Notes: generated by a model from the letters alone, not told the origin. A DNA stretch of 64,000 nt from Rebecca billardiae RCC1528 (GCA_965240325.2 OZ251243.1:1240001-1304000); one strand, 5' to 3'; shown: positions 12,855 through 24,730, counted from the stretch's first letter. Numbers and translations are program-made.

Positions 12855-13246
12855 GGCGCGCCTCGAGTGCTCGCGCGCCCAGGCCAGGGGCGCCAGCCGC
12901 GCCCTTGGTACCGCTCGCGTGTCCGCGCAGTGCCACCGTGTGCGCGACCCGCGCGCGCGCACTGGCGCTGCGGGCTTGGGGCGCTCGGCGCCGTACGCGC
13001 GGCCACATTGCCTGCGGCGGGCCTCAGAGTCAGAGAAAAGCCTCAGACGGCTTATGCGCACCAGACGTGCAGCGCGGCGGGCACCACGCCCTATACGCCG
13101 CGGCACGCAGCAGCTGCGTCAATCTCAAACTCGAGGCGGAGCCTCAGAGAGCTAGGTCTAGGCTCAGGAACACTTCTCACCGCAGTGACCACGTCAGCCG
13201 TCAATCCTACCGCCGCTACCGCGCCGACCAACGGTCGACGCGAGTA

Positions 13247-13286
13247 CAGTTTACTAAGAATAAGAGACGCACACAGCTCAGGCAGG
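13247..13286 (+). repeat. Solo copy of a Tc1/mariner-like terminal repeat
   Basis: TA|CAGTTTACTAAGAATAAGAGACGCACACAGCTCAGGCAGG; same sequence recurs at 15867 (+) and ends at 16739 (-). Confidence 0.75.
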
Positions 13287-13359
13287 ATGCGGCGCCTTCC
13301 CTCCACCCCGGACCGGACCACGGCGACGGGGGACGGGCCACTTTGCGCGCGACGACACA

Positions 13360-15696
13360 ATGAGCAAGCGGGCGCGTGCGGACGGCGAGGGCGCCGACCC
13401 GGCGACGGTGGCGACGGTGCGGCTGAACGTGGGCGGCACGCACCACGAGGTGTCCCGCTCCCTCCTCCTCTCCGCCGGCGGCCTCCTCGCCTCCCTCGCC
13501 TCCGGCCAGTGGACGCCGACGCTCGACGGCACGGGCCGTGTCTTCCTCGATCGGGACGGCGACGTGTTCGGCGGGATCCTGACGCTGCTGCGCTCGGGCG
13601 TCGACCTGCGCGCGCTGCCGCGCGCGAGGCTCGCCGCGCTCCGCGCCGAGGCCGACTGGCTCTCCCTCGACGGCCTGTGCGACAGCCTCGAGCGCGCGCT
13701 CGGCGACCGGCCCGTCGCGCTGCGGGCGGACGCGTGGGCGCGCGTGCGCGGCGGCACGCGCGGTCGAGCGCGCCACCTGTACGGCACGTTCGACGGCGCG
13801 GGGTACGAGCGGCTGTGATCGCCCGTCACCAGCCTGCCCTGGCCCGACTCCGACTCGACCGCCGTGCACGTGCGCGAGGGCGGCGCGTACCTACTGCTGT
13901 TCAAGCGCACGATGCGACTGGGCGCACACGCGCCGCCCAGGCTGGGGTCAGGCGCGGCGGGGGCGGCGTGCGTGACGCTGGCGCTCAACGGCAAGCCGTG
14001 GCTCGTCGCGCACGGGTACGACCCCAACACGCCGTCCGGGGGGCCGCACGCCCAGCCCGCCCGGCAGCCCAGCGCCACGCCGCCCCTCGCGTCTGTGCAG
14101 CTGGTGGCCCTGGTGCACCTGCGCGCGGGAGATTGCATCTCGGCGGTGCCGTACAACGGCACGCACACGATGCCGGTGCCGCCGAGCGTGACCGACGACC
14201 TCGGGCTGCCCAGAGACACGCCCCACGCGCTGCTCCACTCGCTCACCCTCCTCCTCGCCGACGGCGAGGCGCACGCGACGCTCGAGCGACAGCCGCCGCC
14301 GGCCGGCGCGGGCGTGAACAGCGAGGCGCGCGCCCGGTGGCGCGCGCCTCCGGGCTGCGGCGGCGGCGGCGGCGGGAGCGCCGCCGGCGCCGGCGCGGAC
14401 GGGCGCTGGCGGGTGGCGCTCGAGGACGACGGGTGCGCGGTGCGCGTGCCGCGCGCGGGCCTGCACCTGCTCAGCGCGCGCGTGACCGCCACCACGCTCG
14501 GCCTGTGCGCCCTCGAGGCGCAGGACGAGGGCGGCGCTGTGGAGGTGTGGGCAAGCAGGCCTGGGGCTGTGGAGGTGTGGGCAAGCAGGCCTAGGGACAC
14601 GCGGCCGCGCGCGGCGCTGGTGGCGGCGCAGCCCGCGCACCCGGGCGAGGCCGACGACGGCCTCGCCGACCTGCAGCAGCCGGCGGTGCAGGAGCGGCTG
14701 CGCGCGCTGCCGGACGGCCAGTACACGGTGCGCGAGCAGGAGCTGAGCGCGCAGCGAGCGTACCAGCGCGCGCGCTCGCGCGGCGAAGCCGAGTCGAGCG
14801 ACGAGACGCGAGGCGCGCGGCTCGCGGCGGAGGCGCGGCGCCGCGCGCTGCTCAGCCCGAACCTGTGCGAGCCCGTCTGCCTGTGCGACGTGCTCGAGCT
14901 TGCCGCGGGCGAGTCCCTCGAGCTCCGCACCACGGGCGCGTCCCGGCTTGAGCTGGACGCGCTGGCGCGCGCCGCGGCCGAGGGTGCGGCCGAGGGCGCG
15001 ACGCGCGTGCCGAGCACCAACGCGCTCGCGCTGCTGATGCTGCACGGCGCGCACCGCGCGGAGCGCTTCGTCGCGCTCCAAGGCGCGTGGGCGTGGGTGC
15101 GCGCGGAGGGGCTCGGGCTGGCGCCGAGCCCGCCCCTCTCGCCTCCGCTCGCCGACCCCACGCCCCCGGCCGCGGCGGGCCCGGCGGGCCGCCCCGGCCG
15201 TACGCCGTGCCTCAGCCTCACGATGCGCACGAGGGGCAGCTTCCTGCTGCTGTGCGCGCTCCACCTCGAGCTCAGGGACGTGGAAGCGGGCGGCACGGAG
15301 ACCGACCGCTGGCGCAACTCGACGCTCGCGCTGCGCGTGAACGGCGCGGAGCTCAGCCTCAGCCTCGCCCCCGGCACCGGCACGCTGCTGCCCCACCGCT
15401 TCGCTGAGGTTGTGCCGCTGCAGGAGGGCGACGTTCTCGACGTGTGCGCGCTCGGCTTCCCGCCCCCGGCTGCTGCTGCTGCTGCTGCCCACGCCGACGG
15501 CGACGGCGGTGGCGCCAGCCGCGGCCGGCAGTACGCGCAGCGCCAGAGCTCCGCGCTCGACTCCCTGCCGAGCGGGCGCGCCTGGCGGTCCTCTGAGTGG
15601 CTCTCACGCGTGGGCACTGTCGAGATGGCGTTTGCACGGCTCACGCTGCTCGAGCTGCTCCCGCCGCGCCGCCGGACCCAGCCGGGGGCTTGCTGA
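13360..15696 (+). pseudogene. BTB/POZ (KCTD-type) domain gene interrupted by one in-frame TGA at 13816-13818
   Basis: VRLNVGG...VFLDRDGDVFGGILTLLR...LRAEADW is the BTB_2 pattern; the downstream 610-aa ORF (13864) is in the same frame. Confidence 0.65.
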
Positions 15697-15866
15697 CTCG
15701 GCTGTCTAGACTCGAGTGCTGACTCGCTCGGACTGACCGCTGGCGCTCTTCAGCGGGAGCCGTCCCGGCGTCACACGGGCAGGCAGCGTGCGGCCGCGGG
15801 CACGGGCACGCGGCTGATGGCGGAGTCCGCGCAGCCTCCCGGAGAGTCCTACGCCCGCATGCGCTA

Positions 15867-16739
15867 CAGTTTACTAATAAGAATAAGAGACGCACACAGC
15901 TCAGGCAGGCGAGATTGACGCCCGCCAACTGTCACCGCCCATGAAGCCGTCGCCGATGGTAGCGCCGCCGGAAAAATTCGTTCCAGTACGCATATGCCGG
16001 CCATATCGGCGGCCTCCGAGCTGAAGCGGGGTTCGGTCCTAGCCGCGCGCGCACGCCCGTATATATATAAAGTCGCGGTAGACGACGACGGTATATTATT
16101 CTGATGCGTCGTACGACCGTTCGTCATCGGCCCGAATAATCGCATGTACCTGTGTCGTGCTAACATGTGCAGTTCCATAAGGATTTACTATTATTTAGAC
16201 GAATTTTAGTTATCGCGTAGTATTATATAATAATGGCCCGCGGTGCAGGGCGGAGCGCGCAGCGTGGAGCCCGCGCACCAGCGGGCCCGAACCACGTTTC
16301 AAAAAGATCTTTGATCAAGAAAAAAGGGACGGGGGGCGATTTTTAGGGCTGGCGGAGACCGAGTTTCGAGTTTTTGAGATCGCATAGAGAGGTCTATTAG
16401 GCCGAAAATAACCGCGCCCAGCTGATTCCCTTAAGTAAAGTGCGATCTGGACGTCAGCTGGACGTGACATTAGTGTAACGGTTCGTTACGAGCGCGATTT
16501 TATATTGTGGGTAGACTCTCGTTCATGTGTGATAGTTTGCCTCCGCCTTGATGAATATGACCGCGTTCCGCGGTCCTTTTCCGTAGAACGAACGTAGTTC
16601 GGGGCCCGCGGTGGCGGTGCACCCTCCGTCGCGCAGTCGTCTAACTCTACCATCGGCGACGGCTTCATGGGCGGTGACAGCTGGCGGGCGTCAATCTCGC
16701 CTGCCTGAGCTGTGTGCGTCTCTTATTCTTAGTAAACTG
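15867..16739. mobile_element. Tc1/mariner-like MITE or pair of inverted TIR fragments (~95 bp arms, TA flanks)
   Basis: TA|CAGTTTAC...GTAAACTG|TA; arms 15867-15962 and about 16647-16739 are near-identical inverted copies. Confidence 0.6.
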
Positions 16740-19700
16740 TAGCAGTAGACTCCAGCGGCGCGCCGCCGCCTCGGCCGCGCCGGGCCGCCGGGGCGCCCGG
16801 GGCCGGGCGGGCCCAGTCGCAGCCGCCGCCGCGGCGCCGATATTGTGTACAGGCGGATGCGACGAGGCGTGATCGACGCATGAGCGCGACTCCACGTGCA
16901 CGCCAGGCCACGCGGAGCAGACAGCCAGGGAGCACGGTGCGGGGCCGCGGATTCGTTCGGGCCGCTGCGCCTGCTGCTGACCGCGCTGTCCCGTCACCGC
17001 GCGCCGGCAGCGGCCACGGGATAGATGATTTGCACTGGTCCGAGTAGGGTTCGACCAGCGCCTGCGCGACGGCCGACAGGCGGGCGCGAGGCGTGATCGA
17101 CGCATGAGCGCAACTCTACGTGCACGCCAGGCCACGCGGAGCTGACAGCCAGGGAGCACGGTGCCGCGGTGCGAGGCGAGGCCGCGGATTCGAGCCGAGC
17201 AGCCACAGCACCGGTGCCTTCGCGCGCGCCGCGCGTGGACCGGGTGACACACCTCGGTCAGGCTCGGCACGCGTCGCAGAGGCACGGCCAGCTCTGGGAG
17301 CGTCGCGCACCACCGTCGCCCGCGCTGCTCGTCCTCCTATGTCCGTCCGTCCAGCGCTAGACAGACTTGCCGGCGCGGGCTGATGACCCAGCCATTTCAA
17401 CTTTCATGCAAGCATGCCGCTCTGCGCATCGATGGGACACGCGTGCGGAGGCGCGTGGCGGCGCACTCGAGGTGAGCAGGGCGCGAGGGGAAGACTGACG
17501 TCCGCGGGACCCCGCCACCACTGCCCGCTGCCCAGGCGCCGTGTGTCACGGCAGCGTACAGACAGTACCGTCGCCTGCTCGGTTAGTCCGTCTTCCGTGG
17601 GAGACCCCGGGAAGGCATGACGAGGGGGGCGCGTGGTGAAGTCGGAGACTCAGATGTCGATCAGTCCGCCATCAGGCGCCGCTGCCCCCGTGCTTGCGAG
17701 AGCCCGAAAGGGCGGCTCGGGCCTGCCGCGGCCGGTCGCGGGCGGCACGCGCGGTGCACGATTCCGCGCGCAGGCATCGATGATCGATCGATAGGGCGGC
17801 GGGGGCGCGCGGAGTTCAGAGTGAGCGGGGCACGAACGCGATGTCGACGGCCGTCGGGGCCCACCACAGCCGCGCGCTCCAGACGCCACTCGCCGCGCGC
17901 ACCTCGTGAGACGTGCTCGGCATCATGTCCACGTGAGCGGCAAAAAAGTGGCCTCGAGCCTGCTCAGGCCTGCTCTTAAAGTGCGCACAACTGGCTCGCC
18001 AGAGGGCAAAACATTATAATGTATGAAAACGAAGCGGTGCAAATGATGTTCTCCAGTATAGTGGATACGACCCCGACGAAGCGATTTTATGCCTGCGTGA
18101 ACCATACATATGAATACGAAGCGCGGTGCATTATAATGTATGAAAACGAAGCGGTGCAAATGATGTTCTCCAGTATAGTGGATACGACCCCGACGAAGCG
18201 ATTTTATGCCTGCGTGAACCATACATATGAATACGAAGCGCGGTGCAAATGTTCTCCAGTAGTGAATACGACCCCGACGAAGCCAATATATATATCGGTT
18301 GGTTACTTCGCTGATCCCGTAAGGACGTGCAAAAATAGCCTCAAAGAAGCTGACGCTTGTATTGGACTTGTAACCGTCCTACTTCACACAGAAGTGAACT
18401 CTCACGCCCGGCCGTCCACGATTGATTAGGGGAATGTCGTGGACGCGGTTTTTTTCTCCGTGATGCATCTGTAGAGAGGGTCTCAAAATTCGAAACTCGG
18501 TCTCCGCCAGCCCTAAAAATCGGCCCCCGCGTCCCTTTTTCTTGATCAAAGATCTTTTTGAAACGTGGTTCCGGCCCGCTGGTGCGGGCTCCACGCTGCG
18601 CGCTCCGCCCTGCACCGCGGGCCATGAACAGTTTGGCTTCGCGGCGGTTGGTATCTAGAGTCTAAAACCCGCAAGCCTTATTGAAAATACCCGCGCAGCT
18701 ATTCGTTGCCAGCCCATTCCATAGTCACTGACTTACCGAGCTGGCGAGCTCAAAACCTGCCGCCGTCGCAAGGACGACGTGCTGTGCAGGTTTCTTCTGG
18801 GGTGGCGAGCGAGCCGCGACGACTCTTGGTTGGTCCGCAAGGGGGCGCTCGATGGGCAGGTGCGCGTGGCAAGTGCCGAGTGGCGCCTGGAGCGCGCGTC
18901 TGCGGCGGGTCCCGACGGCCGTCGACATCGCGTTCGTGCCCGCTCACTAGTCACTCCGCACGCCCCTGCCGCGCCCTGTCGATGCCTGCGCGGCCGGCCG
19001 GCGCGCGGCCGCGCCGCCGCCGCCGCAGCCGCCGCCCTGTGTTCGGGCTCTCGCAAGCTCGGGGGCAGCGGCGCATGATGCCGGACTGATCGATCTCTGA
19101 GTCTCCGACTTCACCACACGCCCCCCTTGCCATGCCTCTCCGCCAGGGTCTCCCAGAACTCTTCTTCAGAGCAGGCGCAAGTCGAACTCGGAACTGGCCG
19201 CGGCCCCGCGCGCCGTCGGCTCCCCGTGGCTGTCAGCTCCGCGTGGCCTGGGCGCCTGGCGTGCCCAGAGCTGGCCGTGCCTCTGCGACGCGTGCCGAGC
19301 CTGACCGAGGTGTGTCACCCCGTGCACGCGCGGCGCGCGCAAGCACCGGTGCTGCATGGCTGCTCGCACCGTGCTCCCTGGCTCGCGGTCAGTCAGCTCG
19401 GCCGCGTGGTGCCTGGTGTGCACGTAGAGTCGCGCTCATGCGTCGCTCACGCCTCGCGCCCGCCTGTCGGCCGTCGCGCAGGCGCGCAGGTCGAACCCTA
19501 CTGACCTGCAGATCATCTACTCCTGCGCTGCTGGCGTCGCGGCGACGACGGTCAGCGGCAGGCCCGAACGAACGGTCGAATCCGCGCGGTCCCGCGCCGT
19601 CCGGCTCCCTGGCTGTCAGTCACTCACTCAGTCAGCTCCGCCGGTGGCCTGGCGAGCAAGAGTCGCGCTCGTGCGTCGATCACGCCGAGTCGCATCCGCC

Positions 19701-19940
19701 TGTCGGCCGTCGCGCACGCGCAGGGGGTCAGGTAAGGGCCGTCTGTGATGAGGGCAGCTCGGCCGACGACCGACATCCACACTCGGCGCACGCCGGCGGC
19801 GGCGCGGCGCTGGGGCGGCGCGCCGCTGGATGGAGTCTAGTTACACGTGTACGGGACGACTGCGACGGAGGGTGCACCGCCACCGCGGGCCCCGAACTAC
19901 GTTCGTTCTACGGAAAAGGACCGCGGAACGCGGTCATAAT
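16233..19940. repeat. Degenerate inverted-repeat complex (two opposed copies of one repeat family)
   Basis: Inverted matches: 16233-16380/18480-18625, 16558-16640/19855-19937, 16850-17300/19260-19700 and 17597-17892/18877-19155. Confidence 0.8.
18012..18283. repeat. 117-bp tandem repeat, two copies plus a partial third, AT-richer than the host
   Basis: CATTATAATGTATGAAAACGAAGCGG... begins at 18012 and again at 18129; degenerate third copy to about 18283. Confidence 0.9.
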
Positions 19941-20088
19941 TATTCAGGAGATCATAGACATAGTAACCGCCTGTGTGACCCACATAGGGAGATCGTTTTT
20001 CCCCTCAAGCCCGCCCAAATCACTGCCATCAAAGCGTGTCGTTATATTTTTTCGGCGCTCGATCGTCACGCCTGCAACTGGTCGTCTA

Positions 20089-21510
20089 CTAGATAGCTTC
20101 TCGCGGCCAGACGATCTCCGCAATGCAGCGCTCGAGCTCGCACGCCCAAGCCTCTGCCGCGCTTGCAGGCTGCGGCGGTGCATCAGGCCGGCTTGCGAGC
20201 GGCTGGATCTCGTCGTCCGCGGCGGCACGATCCACCTGCTGCGCAGCACTCTCGGCCGAGAGTGCCGAGCCGCCCCAGCCACCGTCGGCCGCCGCATCCT
20301 CAGACGACCCGCCAGCAGACAGCACGCCGCCTCCCGCGCCAGCTGAGCGTGCGGGTGAGGTGGGCGACCATGGCTCGTCGGCGATGCTGCTGGCGAGGCG
20401 CAGCGCGGCGTCTCCGTGCTCGAGCACGAGCGCGCGCTTGGCCGCGAGGCAGTGCCGAGCGTACGCGCACCAGAACGCCCGCTCCGACAGCCGGCTGGGC
20501 ACGAGCGCCCGCCGCGCCGCGGGCAGCCCAGGGTCGCCGGCGATGGCGGCGCGCGCGAGCGGCAGCAGCGCCTCGAGCTGCTCGCCGCTGAGCGCGCCGC
20601 CCGGCGGCAGGCGCGCGGTGAGGGCGGCGGCGGCGTCATCGGGGAGGTCGTCCGCGCGCAGCAGCCGCCGCCCGCCCTGCGCCGAGAGCCGCAGCATCCG
20701 CGCATGCGCTTTCGGCTCGAGCGCGCCGAGCGTGGGCTCGCGGAAGCACCAAGGCGCCGCACGCTCGTCCACGGCCGCATGCGCCGCACGGTCGGCGTCC
20801 GCGCCCGGTCCGAGCGCGAGCACGCGCTGGAAGAGCGCGTCGAGGGTGCCGTCGATCCAGCGGTCGACGGCGCCGAGAGACGAGGCGAGCGAGGTCGCCA
20901 TCTCCGACGCCTCCGAGATCGCGATCTCGGAGAACTGCGAGATGTTGATCTCGGAGATCTCGCTCGAGAGCTCGGCCCAGAGGTTGGCGCCGTTGGGCTC
21001 GGGCGGGGTCCCCGGGGCGCTGGTGTACACGCGCAGCGCGATCTGCGCGCGCCTTGGCGAGGCTGGCGCCGAGGCCGCCCGGCATGCAGCGCCGGCACCG
21101 CCGTCCGCCGCGTCGACTCCCAGCCGCTGCTCGCGCTGAGCGTCCGGCCGCTGCGCCGCGCGCGCCGCCGGCATGAGATCGTCGCTCGCGCGGTGCAGGG
21201 CGCCATCGTGGCGGGCCTGGGGCTTACTCGACGCGAGAGACCTGTCCTCTGGCGGCCTGGTGCCCTCGAGGCGCTCGACCACCTCGTCGAGCGTGGAGAT
21301 GACGGAGGTGGCAAGCTGGAGCAGGCTGAAGCTGCCACCGCCCGAACCGCCGCCGATGCCGGGCTCGGTGACGGGCGGCGCGGGCTTGGTGACCACGGTG
21401 GTGGGGGAACGCGCGTCGGACCTCTCAGCGTGCGCTCCGCACGGCGCGCACGCCAGGCCGTGCGCGGGCGCCGATGGCGGCATCGGGAAGGGCAGCACGT
21501 CGGTCGGCAT
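20089..21510 (-). CDS. BSD domain-containing protein
   Basis: DPGLPAARRALVPSRLSERAFWCAY matches the BSD motif (LVP...SE..FW..Y); the 3' end is uncertain. Confidence 0.65.
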   Translation of the reverse strand: MPTDVLPFPMPPSAPAHGLACAPCGAHAERSDARSPTTVVTKPAPPVTEPGIGGGSGGGSFSLLQLATSVISTLDEVVERLEGTRPPEDRSLASSKPQARHDGALHRASDDLMPAARAAQRPDAQREQRLGVDAADGGAGAACRAASAPASPRRAQIALRVYTSAPGTPPEPNGANLWAELSSEISEINISQFSEIAISEASEMATSLASSLGAVDRWIDGTLDALFQRVLALGPGADADRAAHAAVDERAAPWCFREPTLGALEPKAHARMLRLSAQGGRRLLRADDLPDDAAAALTARLPPGGALSGEQLEALLPLARAAIAGDPGLPAARRALVPSRLSERAFWCAYARHCLAAKRALVLEHGDAALRLASSIADEPWSPTSPARSAGAGGGVLSAGGSSEDAAADGGWGGSALSAESAAQQVDRAAADDEIQPLASRPDAPPQPASAAEAWACELERCIAEIVWPREAI

Positions 21511-21750
21511 GGCGCGCAGCGGAGGAGCGGACGGCCAAGAACTTGCCTTGCTGCGCGCCTTCAGTTGCGCGCCCGTTTCGTCTATCGACTTTTCCTGGCC
21601 CCTTTCCTTAGGAGACTTTAAAAATCCACCTTATTGAAGAGCAACCGGAACCCAACGGCAACCCGCGTGGTCGACGGGACCGGATCCGGCCCGGCTCGGC
21701 GAGTCGGCGCGCGCGGCACACACACACGCGGGCCGCGGCCGAGCAGCAGC

Positions 21751-23685
21751 ATGGTGGTCGGCGCGCGCTGGGGCGCGCGGCTGCTGCTCGCGGGCAGCGC
21801 GGTGGTGGCGTCGGCGGCGATGCGGGGCTCTGCGCTCCGCGCGACCCCGACCCGCCGCCTCGCTTCGCACGTGCTCGCGCTGCGGATGGCTGAGCCGCCG
21901 CCGCCGTACCCCGCGCCGTCAGGCCGCGGCGCGCATGCGGAGGCCGCGCCGGCCGACAATCCGTCCGCCGAGCGCGAGCTGCGCGCGCAGCTCGCGGCGT
22001 CGCACGCGGAGAAGGTGGAGCTGACCGACGAGCTGCGCCGCCTGCGCGCCGAGCTGTACGCGCGCCAGCAGCCCTCGTGGCGCGCGCTCGACGGCGAGCT
22101 GAGCGCAGCGGCGCCCGCAGACCTCGGCGCCGCGCGGGACGAGGGCGCGGCGCGCGCGGCGGAGCCGAGCACGGTGGTGCTGCGCGTGCCGCCGCACTTC
22201 CGCGCGCCCGAGTGGTGGGCCTCCGCCTCCGAGCTCGAGACCGCGCGCGCGCTCGAGCTGCTCCCCCGCCTCGTGTCCTTTGTCTCCGGTCTGGAGGACG
22301 AGCGCCTGTCGCAGCTGCTGCAGCTCGAGGCGCGGCTGGCGGGCGTGGACGAGGGCGCGCGCGCGGTGGCGGAGGAGGTGCAGAGCGGCGTGGAGGGCGT
22401 GTGGCGGGAGCGCGTGCGCGCGCTCGAGGCCGCGGCCAACGCCACCGCCGCCGACAAGGCCGCCCTCGTCGCCTCGTTCGAGGCGCGCGTCGCGGCGCTC
22501 GACGCGGCGCTCGGCGCCGCGCGACAGGACGGCGCGCGCGCCGCGGCCGAGGTGCGCGCCGCGGCGGAGCGCGCGGCGAAGGAGTCGGGCGCGGCGCGCG
22601 CGGCGCTGCAGACGGCGCTGAGCGCGCTGTCGGGCGAGAACGAGCGGCTCAAGGCGCGCTGCGAGGCGAGCGACGCCGCCGCCGCCGCCGCGGCCGAGCA
22701 GGCCGCGGCCGCGGCCGCGAGCGCCGCCCCACTCGTGAGCGCGGTCGCGCGCGGCTCTCTGGCAGAGTCGGAGGTGGAGGCGGTGATCGCGCGCGCGCTG
22801 CCTTGCGCGGTGGAGGACACGTCGCACCTCGACGGCGCGGGCGACCGGCTGGTCACCACGCCCGACGGCATGCGCATGCTGCAGGAGACCAAGGCGAAGG
22901 AGCGGCTCAACCCCAAGACTGACCTGGACAAGTTCCGCGCGGACGTGGCGCGCGGCGCGGGCGCGCGCGGCGTGAACGCTGCGCTCTTCGTCTCGGTGGT
23001 CGCTCGGACGCTGCCGAACGGCGGGCCGTACGCGGTGGAGTGGATCACGGCGGAGGTGCCGCGCGACGCGCCCGCGCCCGCCGCCGCGCCCTCCGCCGCC
23101 GCCGCCGCCGCCGCCGCGCCCACGTCGCGCGTGCAGGTGCCGGCGGTGTTCGTTTGCACAGACTCGGCGGACGCGGTGGCGCTGGGCGCGCAGGCGGCGC
23201 ACTGGCTGTGCTGCCGCGCGCGCGAGGACGCCGCCGCCGCGCGCCGCGCCGCGGCGGGCGAGGCGGACGAGCTCAGGGCGCTGATGGACGAGCGGCGCGC
23301 GCTCGCCGCCGCGCTCCCGCCCATCTTCGGCCGGCTCGAGCTGGGCGCGCGCGAGGCGGACGAGAAGCTGCGGCTGCTGGCGCAGCTCACGAGGCTGGCG
23401 GAGGCGGAGCGCGCGCGGCACGTGTCGATGGCGGCGCTCGTCGAGCGGCTCTCGGCCGAGGTGCCGTTCGTCGCGGCGCCCGGCGCGGCGGAGGCGGCGG
23501 CGCTCGAGGCGGCCGTGAGCGTCGTGCTCGAGCACATGCGCGCGCACGGCGGCGCCGCGCCCAAGCTCGCCGAGCTCTCGGCGGCGCAGCGCGCGGCGGT
23601 GACGGCCGCGGGCGGGATCGCGAGCGTGCGCGCCGCCGCGCGCGAGCGGCTGCGCGAGGAGCAGCAGCAGGGGCAGGCGCCCTGA
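21751..23685 (+). CDS. Coiled-coil protein with PD-(D/E)XK nuclease-like domain (DUF2130/RmuC-like), intronless
   Basis: Long coiled coil then RGSLAESEV...EDTSHLDGAGD...LQETKAK...DLDKFRADV...AALFVS; start could instead be 21886. Confidence 0.55.
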   Translation: MVVGARWGARLLLAGSAVVASAAMRGSALRATPTRRLASHVLALRMAEPPPPYPAPSGRGAHAEAAPADNPSAERELRAQLAASHAEKVELTDELRRLRAELYARQQPSWRALDGELSAAAPADLGAARDEGAARAAEPSTVVLRVPPHFRAPEWWASASELETARALELLPRLVSFVSGLEDERLSQLLQLEARLAGVDEGARAVAEEVQSGVEGVWRERVRALEAAANATAADKAALVASFEARVAALDAALGAARQDGARAAAEVRAAAERAAKESGAARAALQTALSALSGENERLKARCEASDAAAAAAAEQAAAAAASAAPLVSAVARGSLAESEVEAVIARALPCAVEDTSHLDGAGDRLVTTPDGMRMLQETKAKERLNPKTDLDKFRADVARGAGARGVNAALFVSVVARTLPNGGPYAVEWITAEVPRDAPAPAAAPSAAAAAAAAPTSRVQVPAVFVCTDSADAVALGAQAAHWLCCRAREDAAAARRAAAGEADELRALMDERRALAAALPPIFGRLELGAREADEKLRLLAQLTRLAEAERARHVSMAALVERLSAEVPFVAAPGAAEAAALEAAVSVVLEHMRAHGGAAPKLAELSAAQRAAVTAAGGIASVRAAARERLREEQQQGQAP

Positions 23686-23900
23686 ATATTCTGAGCCGAG
23701 CTGAGCCGTCGTATCGGACCGCTCGACTGCCGAGCGGTAGTTCGGCCGGCGACATATAGCTAGTGAGCCGATTGGTTTATATATATTATTTATAATTTGA
23801 TGATGGTCGCTCAAGTATACTGTAGTACGACGTATCAGCAGCGCACGCATACCTATACATCATGGCTACTACGTGGCTGCGTCCGGGGCCCCGCGTCAGC

Positions 23901-24336
23901 CAGCGATCCCGGTTCGTTGAAAAAGTTCGCGAACGGGTTCGCGAACGGTCTTCGTTCGCCTAGGTTCGCGTTCGTTCGCCTCATCGGCTGGCCTCGGGCG
24001 AAGTTCGCGAACTCGCGAACCGGTTCGCGAACTACGCGAACCTGTTCGTGAACCCCCCACTGTCAATCTCCCATATGTAAGCGGCCAATCTCAAGGTAAT
24101 CTTGGGTCGATATTCCAATACGATTTCCGCCAAACTGGGAGAATATTCAATATTTAATCAAGTTTTCCTATTAAATCGAATAAATAATCGGTTCGCGTAC
24201 GGTTCGCGAAAGTTTGCGAGTTCGTTCGCGAGAGGGCCGTCGGGGAGGCAGTGAGTTCGCGAACTCCCGTGGTTCGCGAACCAAGGTAGTTCGTGAGTTC
24301 GTTCGCGAGGCCAGATTACACGAACCGGGATCGCTG
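23901..24336. mobile_element. hAT-type MITE (436 bp)
   Basis: 16-bp TIR CAGCGATCCCGGTTCG, perfect 8-bp TSD GCGTCAGC (23893-23900 and 24337-24344), and many subterminal GTTCGCGAAC-like palindromes. Confidence 0.92.
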
Positions 24337-24730
24337 GCGTCAGCGCCATCGGCCAATCGGTGCGGCGGTGCCGGCAGCGTCCGTGCGCGGCGTGCCGCGG
24401 CACTGCCACTTCAGCCGCCAGCCGAGCACGGCCTCTGCTCGGCAGAGTCATCGTCCAGCCGAGCAGTAGTCAGTTCGTCACGGTCGTAGCGCGCGCGCGC
24501 ATATTGCTGACTACATCGTCGTAGTAGTTATTAGTTACTACACATCATGCGCACTTTCGTGGCGGATGCCGCTGATGAGGCCGCCGGATTAGACGACACC
24601 GATATGTAGGTCACGGACAGCTCGGCGCACAGCACCCACCGAGGCGCTCGGTAGCCTGGACTGCACGTCGCCTCTCGCCTGCGCCACCCCCCTAGCTAGT
24701 CGGCGCGCCATGGCCGCATCCCGGCGCTCC

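Noticed and set aside
14533-14594. 30-bp in-frame duplication (GAVEVWASRP x2)
   Set aside because: Ordinary local slippage within the BTB gene.
18019-18429. 136-aa ORF with 39-aa repeats
   Set aside because: Explained by the 117-bp tandem duplication inside a repeat complex; no coding evidence.
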